DNA from: an uncultured Verrucomicrobiota bacterium
GTDB lineage: Bacteria; Verrucomicrobiota; Verrucomicrobiia; Limisphaerales; UBA8199
Direction: 5' to 3'
Assembly: GCA_964631605.1 (NCBI GenBank)
Contig: CAZVYG010000014.1
Location: 13,446 to 77,445 of the forward strand
Length of the DNA stretch: 64,000 nt
The notes beneath the pieces are model-generated. The model was given only the letters and a program-made list of their open reading frames with translations, had not been told where the DNA came from and ran no database searches. The stretch's first letter is position 1. Each line of letters begins with the position of its first letter. Position numbers and translations under genes: made by a program. This document shows positions 10,033 through 20,340 of the stretch, one piece after another.

Positions 10033-11277
10033 TCACGCGCTCAGCGCCTGGTCCCAATCTTTCCACACCGGCTCGTAACCCAGGCTGCGAATCCGCTCGG
10101 CCACCTGCCCGGCGGGCCGCGGGTCGGCAATCTGGAACTGTTCGGTGGCATGCATCTGTGCTCCCCCCGCCGCCCACTCGCTCGCCCCCAATTCCACAAT
10201 CCGCCCCTTTTGTGTATGATGCAGTTTCTGCTGGCCCGCGCCGGTGTAACCCCCCGGTTCGGTGTGGCTGCCCGCGCTTAATAACGTGATGCCCAGCGGC
10301 ATCAGGCCATCCCGCAGCCGCGCCGGCTCGCGGGTGGACAACACCAGCCCCACATCCGGGAACATCAGTCGAAACGCGCACACCAACTGCACCAGCTCCC
10401 GGTCCGTGATATGCGTCAACGGCTGAAACTCCCCGGCGCACGGACGAAGCCGCGGGAAGGAAATGGTCAGCGAGGATTTCCAGCAAACCCGCAGCAGGTA
10501 TTGGGCGTGCGCGGCCAGGCACAACGCCTCGTAGCGCCAATCCGCCAGCCCATACAAGGCTCCGATGCCCAAACGCCGGAATCCCGCCGCGTAGGCCCGC
10601 TCCGGCGTTTCCAGACGCCAATCGAAATTCTTTTTGGGCCCCGCCGTGTGCATCTGGTCGTAGAGGTCGCGGTCGTAGGTCTCCTGATAAACCACCAACC
10701 CCTCCGCCCCAGCCTGAACCAAAGGACGGTAATCTTCCGTGGACATCGGCCCTACTTCCAGCGACGTGCCCGGCACCTCCCCCTGGACAGCCCGCACGCA
10801 GTCCGCCAAATAATCCCGCGAGACGAACCGCGGATGCTCGCCGGCCACCAGCAGCAGGTTGCGAAAGCCCTGCTCCACCAGCGCGCGCGCCTCCCGCCGC
10901 ACTTCCTCCGGCGTCAGCGTCACCCGCAGAATGGGGTTGTCCCGCGAAAAGCCGCAATACCGGCAGTTGTTGATGCACTCATTCGAAAGATACAGCGGCG
11001 CAAAAAGCCGGATCACCTTCCCAAACCGTTGCTGGGTCAATCGTTGCGAACGCCGTCCCATCGCCTCCAACAACTCGCCCGCCGCCGGCGAAATCAAATG
11101 CGCGAAATCGGTCAGCGACAGCGACGAACGCTCCAGGCTCGCCCGCGCCGCGTTCACCGGCGCGCTCCGCGCCCGCCGCAGCAACTCGCCCACCGGCAGG
11201 GCATTGAATTCAGCAACAAAACTCACCCTGTAAAGGTAGCCAACAGTCGCAAAATGTCGAAAGATTAACTTGTCCAC
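10033..11277 (-). CDS. thiH: 2-iminoacetate synthase ThiH (radical SAM)
   Basis: Carries the radical-SAM motif CINNCRYCGF. The length and the C-terminal blocks are typical of ThiH/HydG, and the gene is adjacent to thiS. The start is uncertain: the ORF extends to 11319, and MVDKLI at 11277 was chosen. Confidence 0.8.
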   Translation of the reverse strand: MDKLIFRHFATVGYLYRVSFVAEFNALPVGELLRRARSAPVNAARASLERSSLSLTDFAHLISPAAGELLEAMGRRSQRLTQQRFGKVIRLFAPLYLSNECINNCRYCGFSRDNPILRVTLTPEEVRREARALVEQGFRNLLLVAGEHPRFVSRDYLADCVRAVQGEVPGTSLEVGPMSTEDYRPLVQAGAEGLVVYQETYDRDLYDQMHTAGPKKNFDWRLETPERAYAAGFRRLGIGALYGLADWRYEALCLAAHAQYLLRVCWKSSLTISFPRLRPCAGEFQPLTHITDRELVQLVCAFRLMFPDVGLVLSTREPARLRDGLMPLGITLLSAGSHTEPGGYTGAGQQKLHHTQKGRIVELGASEWAAGGAQMHATEQFQIADPRPAGQVAERIRSLGYEPVWKDWDQALSA

Positions 11278-11357
11278 CATCGAGCTGAAGCCTTCACCTC
11301 GAGTCCCGGATTGATCCAAACCGTTGTCTTGTCGCAGATTGGCGGCTTTATTATAGC

Positions 11358-11648
11358 GTGAGCCTGGACGGCCTGCATTGGGAGATGCTCAACGGCGGCA
11401 AACGGGTGTTCGAGGAGTACCGCGGTCACGCCGACGTCTGCAACGGCTACGACGGACGTTGGCACCTGGTCGGCCACGGGGCCGATCACCGGCCGGACAT
11501 CAATTTCCGGGTTTGAGAGGACCTCATCACTTGGGAGAAACATGGCGAGTTCGTGCCCGATCTGAAGCACGTGCCCGATTACCCGAAAGCCTTGCCCCGG
11601 ATCAGCCGGAAGCAATACGACGCTTTGGTCGCCCGATTCGGCAAATAG
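11358..11648 (+). pseudogene. gene remnant with an in-frame TGA (C-terminal fragment of an unidentified, possibly glycosidase-like, protein)
   Basis: A single frame reads VSLDGLHWEMLNGGKRVFEEYRGHADVCNGYDGRWHLVGHGADHRPDINFRV-TGA(11514-11516)-EDLITWEKHGEFVPDLKHVPDYPKALPRISRKQYDALVARFGK*. The sequence is protein-like on both sides of the stop. There is no upstream body for the gene. Confidence 0.3.
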
Positions 11649-11734
11649 CCGCCCAATTGAAAAGCCGGGCGGGAGAATCGTCTTGGGAGACCCCGCAAAA
11701 GGGTCTAAAAGAGGAGACCTTGGGATGGTCTTCG

Positions 11735-11772
11735 TCGGGTCAGCAGGCAGCGGATGGCTGGCGCTGACCCGA
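11735..11772 (-). terminator. stem-loop downstream of the LamG gene (possible terminator, no U-tract)
   Basis: 10-bp perfect inverted repeat: TCGGGTCAGC (11735-11744) and GCTGACCCGA (11763-11772) with an 18-nt loop. It lies 15-50 nt past the stop of the minus-strand gene that ends at 11787. Confidence 0.3.
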
Positions 11773-11786
11773 CGATGCAGAGCGAC

Positions 11787-14711
11787 TCAATAGCAAACGG
11801 CGCGGTAGAATTTTTGTCCGCCCGTGGTCGTGATGGGGTAAGGAGACGTTGCCCCTGGCACTTCACTCCAGGTTCCATTGACCGAAGAAGCTTCCTGCAG
11901 CTTGCCCTGGAAGATGACCTGCCATTGGCTGCCGGAGCGCTGAAGCTGGAGGGCGGGCTGTGGCCCCGCGTATCCATAAGGCCGCGGGATGGTGGTGTTG
12001 TAGCCGGACTGGCTCAGGTAGAAGTCATCAAACAGGGCGCTATCCGTCGCACTGTTGCCAGCCAGATAGACCCGGGTGAGATTCTCCGTCGGGAAACCGC
12101 CCGTCAGCGGGTCGGACAGGCCCAGATCGCGGTCGCTGAGGAAATTGGTGAACACCGCCGTGCGCGTCGGTTCCCCCTCTTTCTGGATGTAAACCGAGAA
12201 GATGTCGGCGCTGTCGAGATAATTGTCGAAATTGAGCACATTGGTCACGTCAATCCAAACCGAATACACGGCCCCCGGTTGGAGGACATTGGTGTCAAAG
12301 GTGAGCGGTGAGTAAGGGATATTACGCGCCGCCAGCACCCAGTCGCCGGGGTTTTGCGACGCGTCGCCCACCACGGTCTGCAGCACGGGCCCGACATTAT
12401 TCTCCAATTGATAGTAGAAGTTGGCGGGCTTGTCGGTGAGGCCGATGATGTGTCGCAAAGTGGTGGGATTGCCTTGGGGAATCATGCGGAAGAACAGCGT
12501 GCGGCTTTGGTTGGTGCTGACCGTCAGGCCGTTCAGTTTCAGGTAGGCCCCACTGGCCGTCGTGAGGGTTTTCACCAGGCGGTTGCAATTGGTGGGCGTC
12601 ACGACGGCAACCGAATTCCCGGTGAGGTCAACCCACCAGCCGTTGGCGCCGAGCGAACCCGGCGCGTATTGGTCAAAGTTATCCAGCAGGCTCCAATTGG
12701 CCGCCACACCGTCCACCACGCCGATGGTGTTGGTCGCCCTGGCCTCTTCCAAACCTCGTTTGACGATGAGCACGTAGGTGGTTGTCTGGGTCAGGGTCAG
12801 GTTGGTGGACCCAATGCCGGAAACAGTCCTGGCGGTGACGTCGCCGAGGGGATCAATCAGCACTTGGGTGGCGTTGGCCGGGACGTCCCACCGCAGGACG
12901 GTTGAATCGCCTTTGACCACAGCCGGGAAGTCGGATTTGAAAGAGTTGACGACCAGCGGCGTCAGACGGCTGGGTGGATTGGTAATGTAACTATTGGCAA
13001 GCAGAGCAATTTCCTCAGGCGACAACGGGCGTTGCCAAATGGCCACTTCGTCCACCAACCCGGTGAAGAATTGTCCCGGGGTAGCCCGCGCAAAGGCGCC
13101 GAGCGCCGTGTTGTTCACGCTGACCGGGTAGGCGACGGTAAGCCCGAGGCTGTCCCGGACGCCGTCAATATACAGCTCGGCCTTGGGGTTGCCTCCAACG
13201 TCGCGTTGGACCCATGCCACATGGTGCCAAGCGTCGTCCCACACCACTGTGGATGAGACCCGGTTGTCGTTGACTTGGGTGCCGCTGTCAATTCGAACGA
13301 AGGTGTTGAGCTTGTCGTTGTAGGAGTTGCGCTGTCCGAGGCAAAACGCGGGATTGTTGTTCAAAGTGGAAGACTCCGTGAAAAACCAACTGCCGGCAGT
13401 CCACGGGGCCTTGACCCAGGCGGACACCGTGAAATTGGTTCTGGAGTAGGCCGGCAGGGCATCCCCCGGATTGTGGATGCGGCGGGCGTATTGCGAACTG
13501 GCGGCATCAAAAGCCAGCGCATTCCCCCATTTGCCCGGGACAACATTGGAGCTAGCCATGTTGTTGACCGTCAGGTCATAGGCGCTAACCAGATCGGGGG
13601 TCTTTACTCCTGAGATGGTGTCCAGCGGCCAGTAGGCGACCAAGCCGTTGGTGAGGTCCGGGCTGCCGAACGTGTTCACGGTGATTTGAGCCACCACGCT
13701 GGTCGCCGCGCCGACGGCATTGGTGACGACAAACTGATACTGGCCGGAATCGGCGGCGGTCACGCTCGAGAGCGTCAGGGAAAGGCTGTTGGCGCCGGGG
13801 ACATTCGTCCCATCTTTCAGCCACTGGTAGTACAAGTGACGGGAACCGTAAGCGGCCGCGCTCATGGTGTAATTGTCCCCGACATACAGGTTGGCCGCCC
13901 CCTTGGGCTGGACTGTGAGAGCCGGCGCAAATTGCGGGATGGGCGTGGCAATGCTGTTACTGAGGACCTCTTGAATTTCGCCCTGGCTCAGCACCCGTGC
14001 CCAAAGGGCCACGTCGTCAATCTGGCCCAAGAAAGGGACTCCGACCGTGTTCCGCACCAACGCTCCGATTCCCACTTGATCCCACGAGGCGAGATTCCTC
14101 GTATAGGTGAAGGTGTTGGTGTAGTCCGGCTGGCCATCCACATAGACCAAGAACTTGCCGTCGTTGGCATCGTAAGTGTAAGCCACATGATGCCAGGTGC
14201 CGTCCAGTGTGGGTTTGGTGCCGACATACGAGCTCTTGACGACGTTATTAATGTCGCGGAGGAAGTAGCGGGTTTTATCCGTCCCGTTTCCCTCCATGGA
14301 AAACCGGGGGTTGCCGCTGGTGTTAATGCTGGACGATTCCGTGAAATAGGTTGTTTGATTAGCCTGTCCGCTGGGGCCATTGACCCAAAGCGCCCAGGTC
14401 CAGCTCCCGTTGTTGGCCACCGGCAAGCCGGTGTCAGTTCCGGGGGCGGTGATGAAGTTGAGATAATCGCTGGTGGAACCGAAGAATTGCACACAATTCC
14501 CGAATTTGCCCCCGGACACAACGTCCGAGCTGGGTTTGACGGGTCCCGTCAGGTCGTTGCCGGCCACAAGATCGGGTGTGGTCATGGGATAATCGCCGCT
14601 TGCGGTGTTCAATGGCCAGTAGGCCACCAACCCTTCGCGAACGTCGGCAAGCAGCGGGTGGGCGGCCAGGAGAACAGCCGCACTCGAGGCAATTAAGGTT
14701 TTTGTTTTCAT
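11787..14711 (-). CDS. large secreted LamG (concanavalin-A-like lectin) domain protein with an Ig-like domain
   Basis: 974 aa with the signal peptide MKTKTLIASSAAVLLAAHPLLA. The LamG-type modules are duplicated: GLVAYWPLNTASG and GLVAYWPLDTISG, and DDVALWARVLSQGEIQ and VDEVAIWQRPLSPEEI. An Ig-like segment (YQWLKDGTNVPGANS...DSGQYQFVVTN) lies between them. Confidence 0.8.
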   Translation of the reverse strand: MKTKTLIASSAAVLLAAHPLLADVREGLVAYWPLNTASGDYPMTTPDLVAGNDLTGPVKPSSDVVSGGKFGNCVQFFGSTSDYLNFITAPGTDTGLPVANNGSWTWALWVNGPSGQANQTTYFTESSSINTSGNPRFSMEGNGTDKTRYFLRDINNVVKSSYVGTKPTLDGTWHHVAYTYDANDGKFLVYVDGQPDYTNTFTYTRNLASWDQVGIGALVRNTVGVPFLGQIDDVALWARVLSQGEIQEVLSNSIATPIPQFAPALTVQPKGAANLYVGDNYTMSAAAYGSRHLYYQWLKDGTNVPGANSLSLTLSSVTAADSGQYQFVVTNAVGAATSVVAQITVNTFGSPDLTNGLVAYWPLDTISGVKTPDLVSAYDLTVNNMASSNVVPGKWGNALAFDAASSQYARRIHNPGDALPAYSRTNFTVSAWVKAPWTAGSWFFTESSTLNNNPAFCLGQRNSYNDKLNTFVRIDSGTQVNDNRVSSTVVWDDAWHHVAWVQRDVGGNPKAELYIDGVRDSLGLTVAYPVSVNNTALGAFARATPGQFFTGLVDEVAIWQRPLSPEEIALLANSYITNPPSRLTPLVVNSFKSDFPAVVKGDSTVLRWDVPANATQVLIDPLGDVTARTVSGIGSTNLTLTQTTTYVLIVKRGLEEARATNTIGVVDGVAANWSLLDNFDQYAPGSLGANGWWVDLTGNSVAVVTPTNCNRLVKTLTTASGAYLKLNGLTVSTNQSRTLFFRMIPQGNPTTLRHIIGLTDKPANFYYQLENNVGPVLQTVVGDASQNPGDWVLAARNIPYSPLTFDTNVLQPGAVYSVWIDVTNVLNFDNYLDSADIFSVYIQKEGEPTRTAVFTNFLSDRDLGLSDPLTGGFPTENLTRVYLAGNSATDSALFDDFYLSQSGYNTTIPRPYGYAGPQPALQLQRSGSQWQVIFQGKLQEASSVNGTWSEVPGATSPYPITTTGGQKFYRAVCY

Positions 14712-14856
14712 TGGACTTTAGGCTTTGAGGTTTGTGTTTGAAGTGGCGACGAAGGAGACAGCGGCCAGTGGGCGGGCGGCGAGGTCCGGCTCCGTAATGG
14801 AAGCGGCCCTCTTGGCCTCAGGCCCGGTGGCGGGGTGCTGGTGGACGAGCCGTTTG

Positions 14857-15627
14857 TCAGGGCAATTTGCGGTTCTCATCAAACGAGATGTTGAAGCTGT
14901 TTAGGTACTGCCTGACGGGGACCCACTCCGCGTGACCGTCACAAAACATGATATTGACACCGTCGGCTCCGTGGTTGTCGGTCTTGTCCGGATAGTTGTT
15001 GATCCCGCCGCTCATGTTCGAGTCGTCCGCGTCCGCAAACAGCCAGACGCGCGTGGGGCCGGGCCGCAACCCGCGATTCTCGAAGTTAACCTTCAGCACG
15101 TAGCTGTTGATCGCCTTCTCGGATTTTTTGTCGCCCGAAGAGTTGGACATGGACCCGAAAATCTCGTAACTGTGGCCCCGGCCGCTGAGACGCCCCGCCG
15201 GGCAGTTGTTGGTCAAGTCGGCGACCAGGGTTTTGCCGGCGATCAAGAGTGTCTCGTTGGTGACGGTATTCTGCGTGCTGGGACACACAAAGGTCTTCAG
15301 ATTGGGAGCATAGGCGGGAAACAGGTAATTCACGTCGTCATCGTCCCCATTCCGCTTGCCTGCCGGCCAGCCACGCGTGTCACCGACCAGGTCGCCATTG
15401 GAATCATCCGCGTATAAAATCGAACTGAGCCCCAGTTGCTTCAGGTTGTTCAGGCACTGGATCTTTTTGGCCCGTTCCTTGGCTTTGCTCAGGGCGGGCA
15501 GCAGCATCGCCGCCAGAATGGCGATGATGGCAATGACCACCAGCAGTTCTATCAAGGTGAAAGCCGCGGCCAGGGTTCCACGTTGGTTCGTCGCCGTAAA
15601 CGGACTCTTGTTTGCGGGTTTTTGCAT
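14857..15627 (-). CDS. prepilin-type N-terminal cleavage/methylation domain protein (DUF1559, H-X9-DG family pseudopilin)
   Basis: Carries the N-terminal motif [30 protein letters not shown] and the C-terminal [12 protein letters not shown]. This pair is the hallmark of the expanded PVC-group family. Confidence 0.9.
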   Translation of the reverse strand: MQKPANKSPFTATNQRGTLAAAFTLIELLVVIAIIAILAAMLLPALSKAKERAKKIQCLNNLKQLGLSSILYADDSNGDLVGDTRGWPAGKRNGDDDDVNYLFPAYAPNLKTFVCPSTQNTVTNETLLIAGKTLVADLTNNCPAGRLSGRGHSYEIFGSMSNSSGDKKSEKAINSYVLKVNFENRGLRPGPTRVWLFADADDSNMSGGINNYPDKTDNHGADGVNIMFCDGHAEWVPVRQYLNSFNISFDENRKLP

Positions 15628-15803
15628 AATTCTCCCTGGATCATAGCTTCATTTCGCCTGGGCGCCATTAGCCGAAAGGATAATTCCGCAGGAAGGTCTG
15701 CCCAGGGGTGCGTCAACGCCGGTCAGCCACCGGACTTTTTCATCGTTCAAAGCCCCTTATGGAACTTCCGGTTTTTTCGCGAGGAGAGCACCCGGCCGGA
15801 ACG

Positions 15804-17072
15804 TCAGCGGGACGAAGCGCTCAGTACGATTGTCTGGCCGTCCCCCAAGGCGTCCCAGGTGTACACCGCGCCACCCGCAAAAGTGTCTGCATGGACACCA
15901 TTGGTCCGCACTTCGACAACCTGTCCGCTCATGTCGCGGGTGTCCACCTTCAGTCTGCCGGTCACGCTCTTGACGCTGCTCAGGAGGGACAGCGTGAATT
16001 GCTTTCTGGCGCTGGAGAGCGAATAAACGAGGGTGGCGGCGGCATTCTGGCCGTCCCCCAGCCAGAGTTCAAAAGGGCGGGTTTTCACCCAGCCCGGCAC
16101 ATACAGTTCATCCTGGTTATTGAGTGTCGGTTGGGGGATGCGACCGCTTTTCAAACGCGTCAGATACCAGGACTCGGCGGCGGCTTGCTGGCTGGCGCTG
16201 AGGTTCCCATGGGGCCAGTACTGCAATTCGCCGGCGTCCTCGCGGCCGTTGCCATTGAAGTCGTGGTAAACACCCTTGGCGCCGAGATGAACGGTGAGGT
16301 TGGTGAATTCGCCGGGGAATGATTGTCCCGCCACCGCGTTGCTCCAGTAGCTGAGAAAGTTGACGGGGGGGCAGATGCGCTCATCCTGGTTTACAAACAA
16401 ATGGATTTCACTGTAAGGATTGTTTTTGGCAGCCAGGTTGGAGGCACGGGCGCGATACCTGTCCAGGACCAACGCATCGCCGGTGTTCGGATTGCCAATA
16501 TCCGCGTCGAGCTGCGGCGTGCGGGCGCCGCCGCGGTTGGCCCCGTTGTGATACCAGCCGTGAACGGGGTCCAGACCATAGTCGGATATCCCGAAAAAGG
16601 CGGACCCCAGGCAAAAGTAATCGGGGAATTTTGTGAGCGCCGAGAGGGTGTTGCCGCCGCCGCCCGAATAGCCGGTAATGTGAACATTGGCCGGATTGAC
16701 TTGTCTCGGATAGGCGGCCTTCACCGCCTCGACAGCGTCGTAGATGTCGTAAATCTCGACTCCCCCCGAATCCCTCGCGCCTTCCGAGCCTTCCCGCCCT
16801 CGCAGGGTCGGCGAGATGGCAAAAAAGCCGGCATCGCGCAGGCGTTGCGCATGGGGTCGGACGGAGGCGACGTCACTCGAGGCGGAATAGCCGTGCATGA
16901 TGACCGCGATGGGCGCGTTGGTCAGGCTGTCGTTGTAATTCAACTCGGCTTTCAGACGGATTGATTTGTCCGAGAGGCGGGTGACGCTTGAGTCATAGGT
17001 GAACCAAGTTTGGACATTGGCCGCCTCCAGACAGGGTAAGGCGAAGCCTCCCAAGGCCGCCAGGCAGACCAT
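15804..17072 (-). CDS. secreted alpha/beta-hydrolase (esterase/peptidase S9-like)
   Basis: ORF 15804..17258. The likely start is at the signal-like MVCLAALGGFALPCLEA (17072). The nucleophile elbow is ITGYSGGGGNT (G-x-S-x-G), and HGYSASSD is also present. Confidence 0.6.
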   Translation of the reverse strand: MVCLAALGGFALPCLEAANVQTWFTYDSSVTRLSDKSIRLKAELNYNDSLTNAPIAVIMHGYSASSDVASVRPHAQRLRDAGFFAISPTLRGREGSEGARDSGGVEIYDIYDAVEAVKAAYPRQVNPANVHITGYSGGGGNTLSALTKFPDYFCLGSAFFGISDYGLDPVHGWYHNGANRGGARTPQLDADIGNPNTGDALVLDRYRARASNLAAKNNPYSEIHLFVNQDERICPPVNFLSYWSNAVAGQSFPGEFTNLTVHLGAKGVYHDFNGNGREDAGELQYWPHGNLSASQQAAAESWYLTRLKSGRIPQPTLNNQDELYVPGWVKTRPFELWLGDGQNAAATLVYSLSSARKQFTLSLLSSVKSVTGRLKVDTRDMSGQVVEVRTNGVHADTFAGGAVYTWDALGDGQTIVLSASSR

Positions 17073-17308
17073 CAGGGCTCGCCTCACCCCACCTCTGGGA
17101 CCGGGCGCAAATCCGCATCGGGCTTCCTCCCAAGGCCAGGACTGCTTTTCAAACCGCGAGCCAAAGGGGCCGCGTTGGCGACCGCCTGAGGTGGGAGCCG
17201 CTGCCACCGGGGATTTGGCGCGCGCTCGACTGCTCCTAAGCAACGTGGGGTTCGTCATGAGTTGATTGATGGGGCACCGCGGGAGGCTTCAGAAGCGCCG
17301 GCGCCAGG

Positions 17309-17944
17309 CTAGGGAAGATGCACCAGGCCGCGCTGCACGGCAATGGCCACCAGTTCGGTGCGGTCGGCCGCCCCGAGTTTGGTGAGCAGACTGCGCACGT
17401 GCGCCTTGGCGGTGAATTCCGTGAATTTCAGAATGCCGGCGATGTCCTTGTTGGTGAGCCCTTTGACCACCAGGGGCAGCACCTCGCGCTCGCGGTCGGT
17501 CAGTTCGCCAAAGGTGGCGCGCTCTTCCAAGCGCCGCTGCACTTGGGGCGGGATATAGCGCTTGCCCAAGGCGGCGGCCTCGATGGCGCGCAGCAACTCG
17601 GGCCCCGGCACGCTCTTCAGAAGGTATCCGCAAGCCCCAGCCTGCAATGCCCGGTGAATGTCCTCATCGCCGTCGAAGGTGGTGAGCATGAGCACCCGCG
17701 CGGCGGGAAATTCCTGCCGGATTTGTTGGAGAGCCTCGATGCCCGTGGCATCCGGCAATCGCAGGTCCATCAGCGTCATGCCCGGCTCATGGCGGCGAAA
17801 CTCGGCGAGGGCCGAGGCCGCGTCGCCCGCCTCAGCCACCACCCGAAAATCCTTGCGCAGGCTTAAGACGGCTTTCAGCCCGGCGCGAAAGACGAAGTGG
17901 TCGTCCACGATCAGCAGTGTTAAAGGGGGGTCAAACGGGGGCAT
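17309..17944 (-). CDS. NarL/FixJ(LuxR)-family response regulator
   Basis: 211 aa. The receiver domain reads LLIVDDHFVFRAGLKAVL...MDLRLPD. The C-terminal LuxR helix-turn-helix reads LTDREREVLPLVVKGLTNKDIAGILKFTEFTAKAHV. Confidence 0.9.
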   Translation of the reverse strand: MPPFDPPLTLLIVDDHFVFRAGLKAVLSLRKDFRVVAEAGDAASALAEFRRHEPGMTLMDLRLPDATGIEALQQIRQEFPAARVLMLTTFDGDEDIHRALQAGACGYLLKSVPGPELLRAIEAAALGKRYIPPQVQRRLEERATFGELTDREREVLPLVVKGLTNKDIAGILKFTEFTAKAHVRSLLTKLGAADRTELVAIAVQRGLVHLP

Positions 17945-17947
17945 AGC

Positions 17948-20155
17948 TTAAGTCTCCTTCAGCCGCGAGGCCGGCACGGTCAGCCGCAGCCGTGTCCCGC
18001 GGCCGGGCTGGGAATCCAGCCTGAGTTCGGCCTCGAGCGCGCGGGCGCGTTCGCGCAGGCCGCGCAAGCCGAAATGACCGTTGACCGAGGCGGCGTGGGC
18101 ATCAAACCCGCAGCCGTCGTCGTCCACCCGCAGTTCGACGGCTTCCGGGCTGAAGCGGAGAACGATTTCGATTCTGCGCGCCTGCGCGTGTTTAAGGGCG
18201 TTGGTCACGCCCTCTTGGGCCACGCGAAACAAGTGGCTGGCCACCCCGGGAGGAACCTGCTGGGGCTCGCCCTCGCACCGGACCTCAACAGCCGGCCCAT
18301 GCGTATCCGCCAGGGCCTTGCCCAGTTGCTGCAAGGCTTCCGGAAGGGTGGCCTCCTCGAGTTTCACCGACCGCAAATTCCAAATCGAACGGCGAACCTC
18401 CAACTGGCTTTCGCGCAATTGTTCCGTGGCGGCCACCAGCAGCCGCTCGGATTCCTGCGGCTGATCCCTGAAAAACCCCCGCGCCGCGTCCAGTTGCAGT
18501 GCGGTGCTGGCCAGCGTCTGTTCGAGCGTGTCGTGCAGTTCACGAGCCATCCGGGTGCGCTCGGCGGTCAACAAGGCAAAATCCGCCTCGGCGGCATGGC
18601 GTGCCGCCAATTCCTCCTGCCACTCGCCGGTCCGCACACTGTAGCGCTTGGCCAGCTCGTCCCGTGCTGCCCGCAGTTGCTCGCGGGTTTCACGCAAAGC
18701 GGCGTTTTTCCGCGCCAGCACCACCGTGGCCAGCAGGGTGAGTCCCAGGAGCAACAGCGCCCCCAGCAGGGTGCCCAGGATGGTCTTGGTCAGCCCGGGA
18801 GAGGTCCACCAAGGCGCGGCGCGCACCAGTTTCACATCCGACAGGGCGCGAGCGTGAAGGCGCAGTTCGCGAGGAAATGGAAACATCGTGGGACGTTGAC
18901 TGGGCCGGACGAAAGGCTCGGTGATGCCCGTCACGGCCAGGTGCGCCCCCTCGCGCAGCCAACCGGGGAACGCGCCGCCGGCGGCGGGCAGCCAGGCCTC
19001 GAATTCCTCTTCGCCATCGCTCAGATTCAGCACCCAGCTTCCCTCCCCCGGCCGCGGCGCGCTGCAAAGCCGCCCGGTGATGCGGCGCAGTTCGCAAGGG
19101 TGCTGCAAGGCCTCGCGCACGGAACTGGCGACGGGGACGGGAGGCGGACCCGAGGCCACCTTGCGCACCAGCGCTTTCATCAGCCAGAGGGAATGCTCGC
19201 GCATCTCGGGAAACCCGACCAGGTCCAACTCATCACCGGGAAGCAAGTCGCCGCTCCCGGTCGCCTCGACGAACAGGCCGCTGGTGGCGTCCCGAACGGT
19301 CAACCGCTGGCCGGCATGGCGGCCGAGCAAGTGACCCCGCACCCGCACCCGGTGCTGCGGAAAACCCTCCGGCGAGTAGTGGAACAACGACCGGATCGTG
19401 ACCACCGGCAGCGTCTCCACCGGGCGCGCCGGACGGACCACTTTGACCTCAGCGTCAGAGGCGGCCACGACAATCGGCGCAAGCAATTGCCGTTGCCAGC
19501 TAAACACACCCGCGGCCGTGCCGCGCACAATCACCTCGGCATCCACCAGATTGGTGGTGGCGGGGCCGTACTCGGTCACCCGCACCAAGAGGTCCGTTCC
19601 ATCCGAACGCAACTCCATCGCCAGATGCGCCTGCGCCTTGCTGGTTCGAAAGGCGGGCACTGCCGACCTCACAATGCCGCGCACCTCGACCCGGCGCGAA
19701 TCATAACGCCCCGTGGCCAGCGCGGCGGCGGTCACCCGCTCCGGCTCCGGCAGCACGCCGCGGCCCAGGTTCTCCAGCCGGCGCAGTTGCACAATGGGCG
19801 CATAATCTCCCGAGCCGGTTTCGCCTTCGATGACGACGCGGTCCCCCACGCTCACTTCCGGCTTGAGCCCCCGCAGACTGATATAGATGCCGTCGGTGGA
19901 ATCCTGAAAACATATCCCGTCGCTAAGCAGGGGATGATAATGCGTCACCACTCCTTCCAAACGCACGGGCAGTTTTTGCTCAGCCACCTCCGCGGGCAGG
20001 GCGTGCACCAAAGCTGCGTTGGTGAGTGTAATTCCGGCACTTGTCCCGCCCTGAGACTCCGCCAGCACCGGTAACGTTAAGCAAGCCAGCCCCAACACCC
20101 CACATCCCGCGACCCTCCGGTCGCGGATGGTTGACATGAGACGGCTCAACTGCAT
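17948..20155 (-). CDS. membrane sensor histidine kinase (HisKA_3/NarX-type) with a large periplasmic domain
   Basis: 735 aa with a signal/TM segment, a roughly 450-aa extracytoplasmic region and a second TM. It has the H-box ARELHDTLEQTL and a HATPase_c domain (NALKHAQA...DDGCGF...GLRGLRERA). It sits 3 nt upstream of its response regulator. Confidence 0.85.
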   Translation of the reverse strand: MQLSRLMSTIRDRRVAGCGVLGLACLTLPVLAESQGGTSAGITLTNAALVHALPAEVAEQKLPVRLEGVVTHYHPLLSDGICFQDSTDGIYISLRGLKPEVSVGDRVVIEGETGSGDYAPIVQLRRLENLGRGVLPEPERVTAAALATGRYDSRRVEVRGIVRSAVPAFRTSKAQAHLAMELRSDGTDLLVRVTEYGPATTNLVDAEVIVRGTAAGVFSWQRQLLAPIVVAASDAEVKVVRPARPVETLPVVTIRSLFHYSPEGFPQHRVRVRGHLLGRHAGQRLTVRDATSGLFVEATGSGDLLPGDELDLVGFPEMREHSLWLMKALVRKVASGPPPVPVASSVREALQHPCELRRITGRLCSAPRPGEGSWVLNLSDGEEEFEAWLPAAGGAFPGWLREGAHLAVTGITEPFVRPSQRPTMFPFPRELRLHARALSDVKLVRAAPWWTSPGLTKTILGTLLGALLLLGLTLLATVVLARKNAALRETREQLRAARDELAKRYSVRTGEWQEELAARHAAEADFALLTAERTRMARELHDTLEQTLASTALQLDAARGFFRDQPQESERLLVAATEQLRESQLEVRRSIWNLRSVKLEEATLPEALQQLGKALADTHGPAVEVRCEGEPQQVPPGVASHLFRVAQEGVTNALKHAQARRIEIVLRFSPEAVELRVDDDGCGFDAHAASVNGHFGLRGLRERARALEAELRLDSQPGRGTRLRLTVPASRLKET

Positions 20156-20340
20156 AGGTCGGGACTCCGCACACTGCGGCCTTTTTTTGTTAAATTATAC
20201 CGCCAGCCCGGTTGGGGAAACTATCCTTTTGGATAACCCGCCGACCACCCGGGAACCTTCCAGTGTTGAAGGGGGTGGGGTTTCAGATCGTTTCGCCCGG
20301 CGCCTCGCCGCGCGCGCAACTCCAACAAACCGGTTCGTTT

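Noticed and set aside
11278-11790. Possible TPP riboswitch upstream of thiH-thiS.
   Set aside because: I could not find the conserved CUGAGA / ACCUGAUCUGGAUAAUGCCAGCG-like cores on the minus strand by eye. This needs an Infernal scan before any call.
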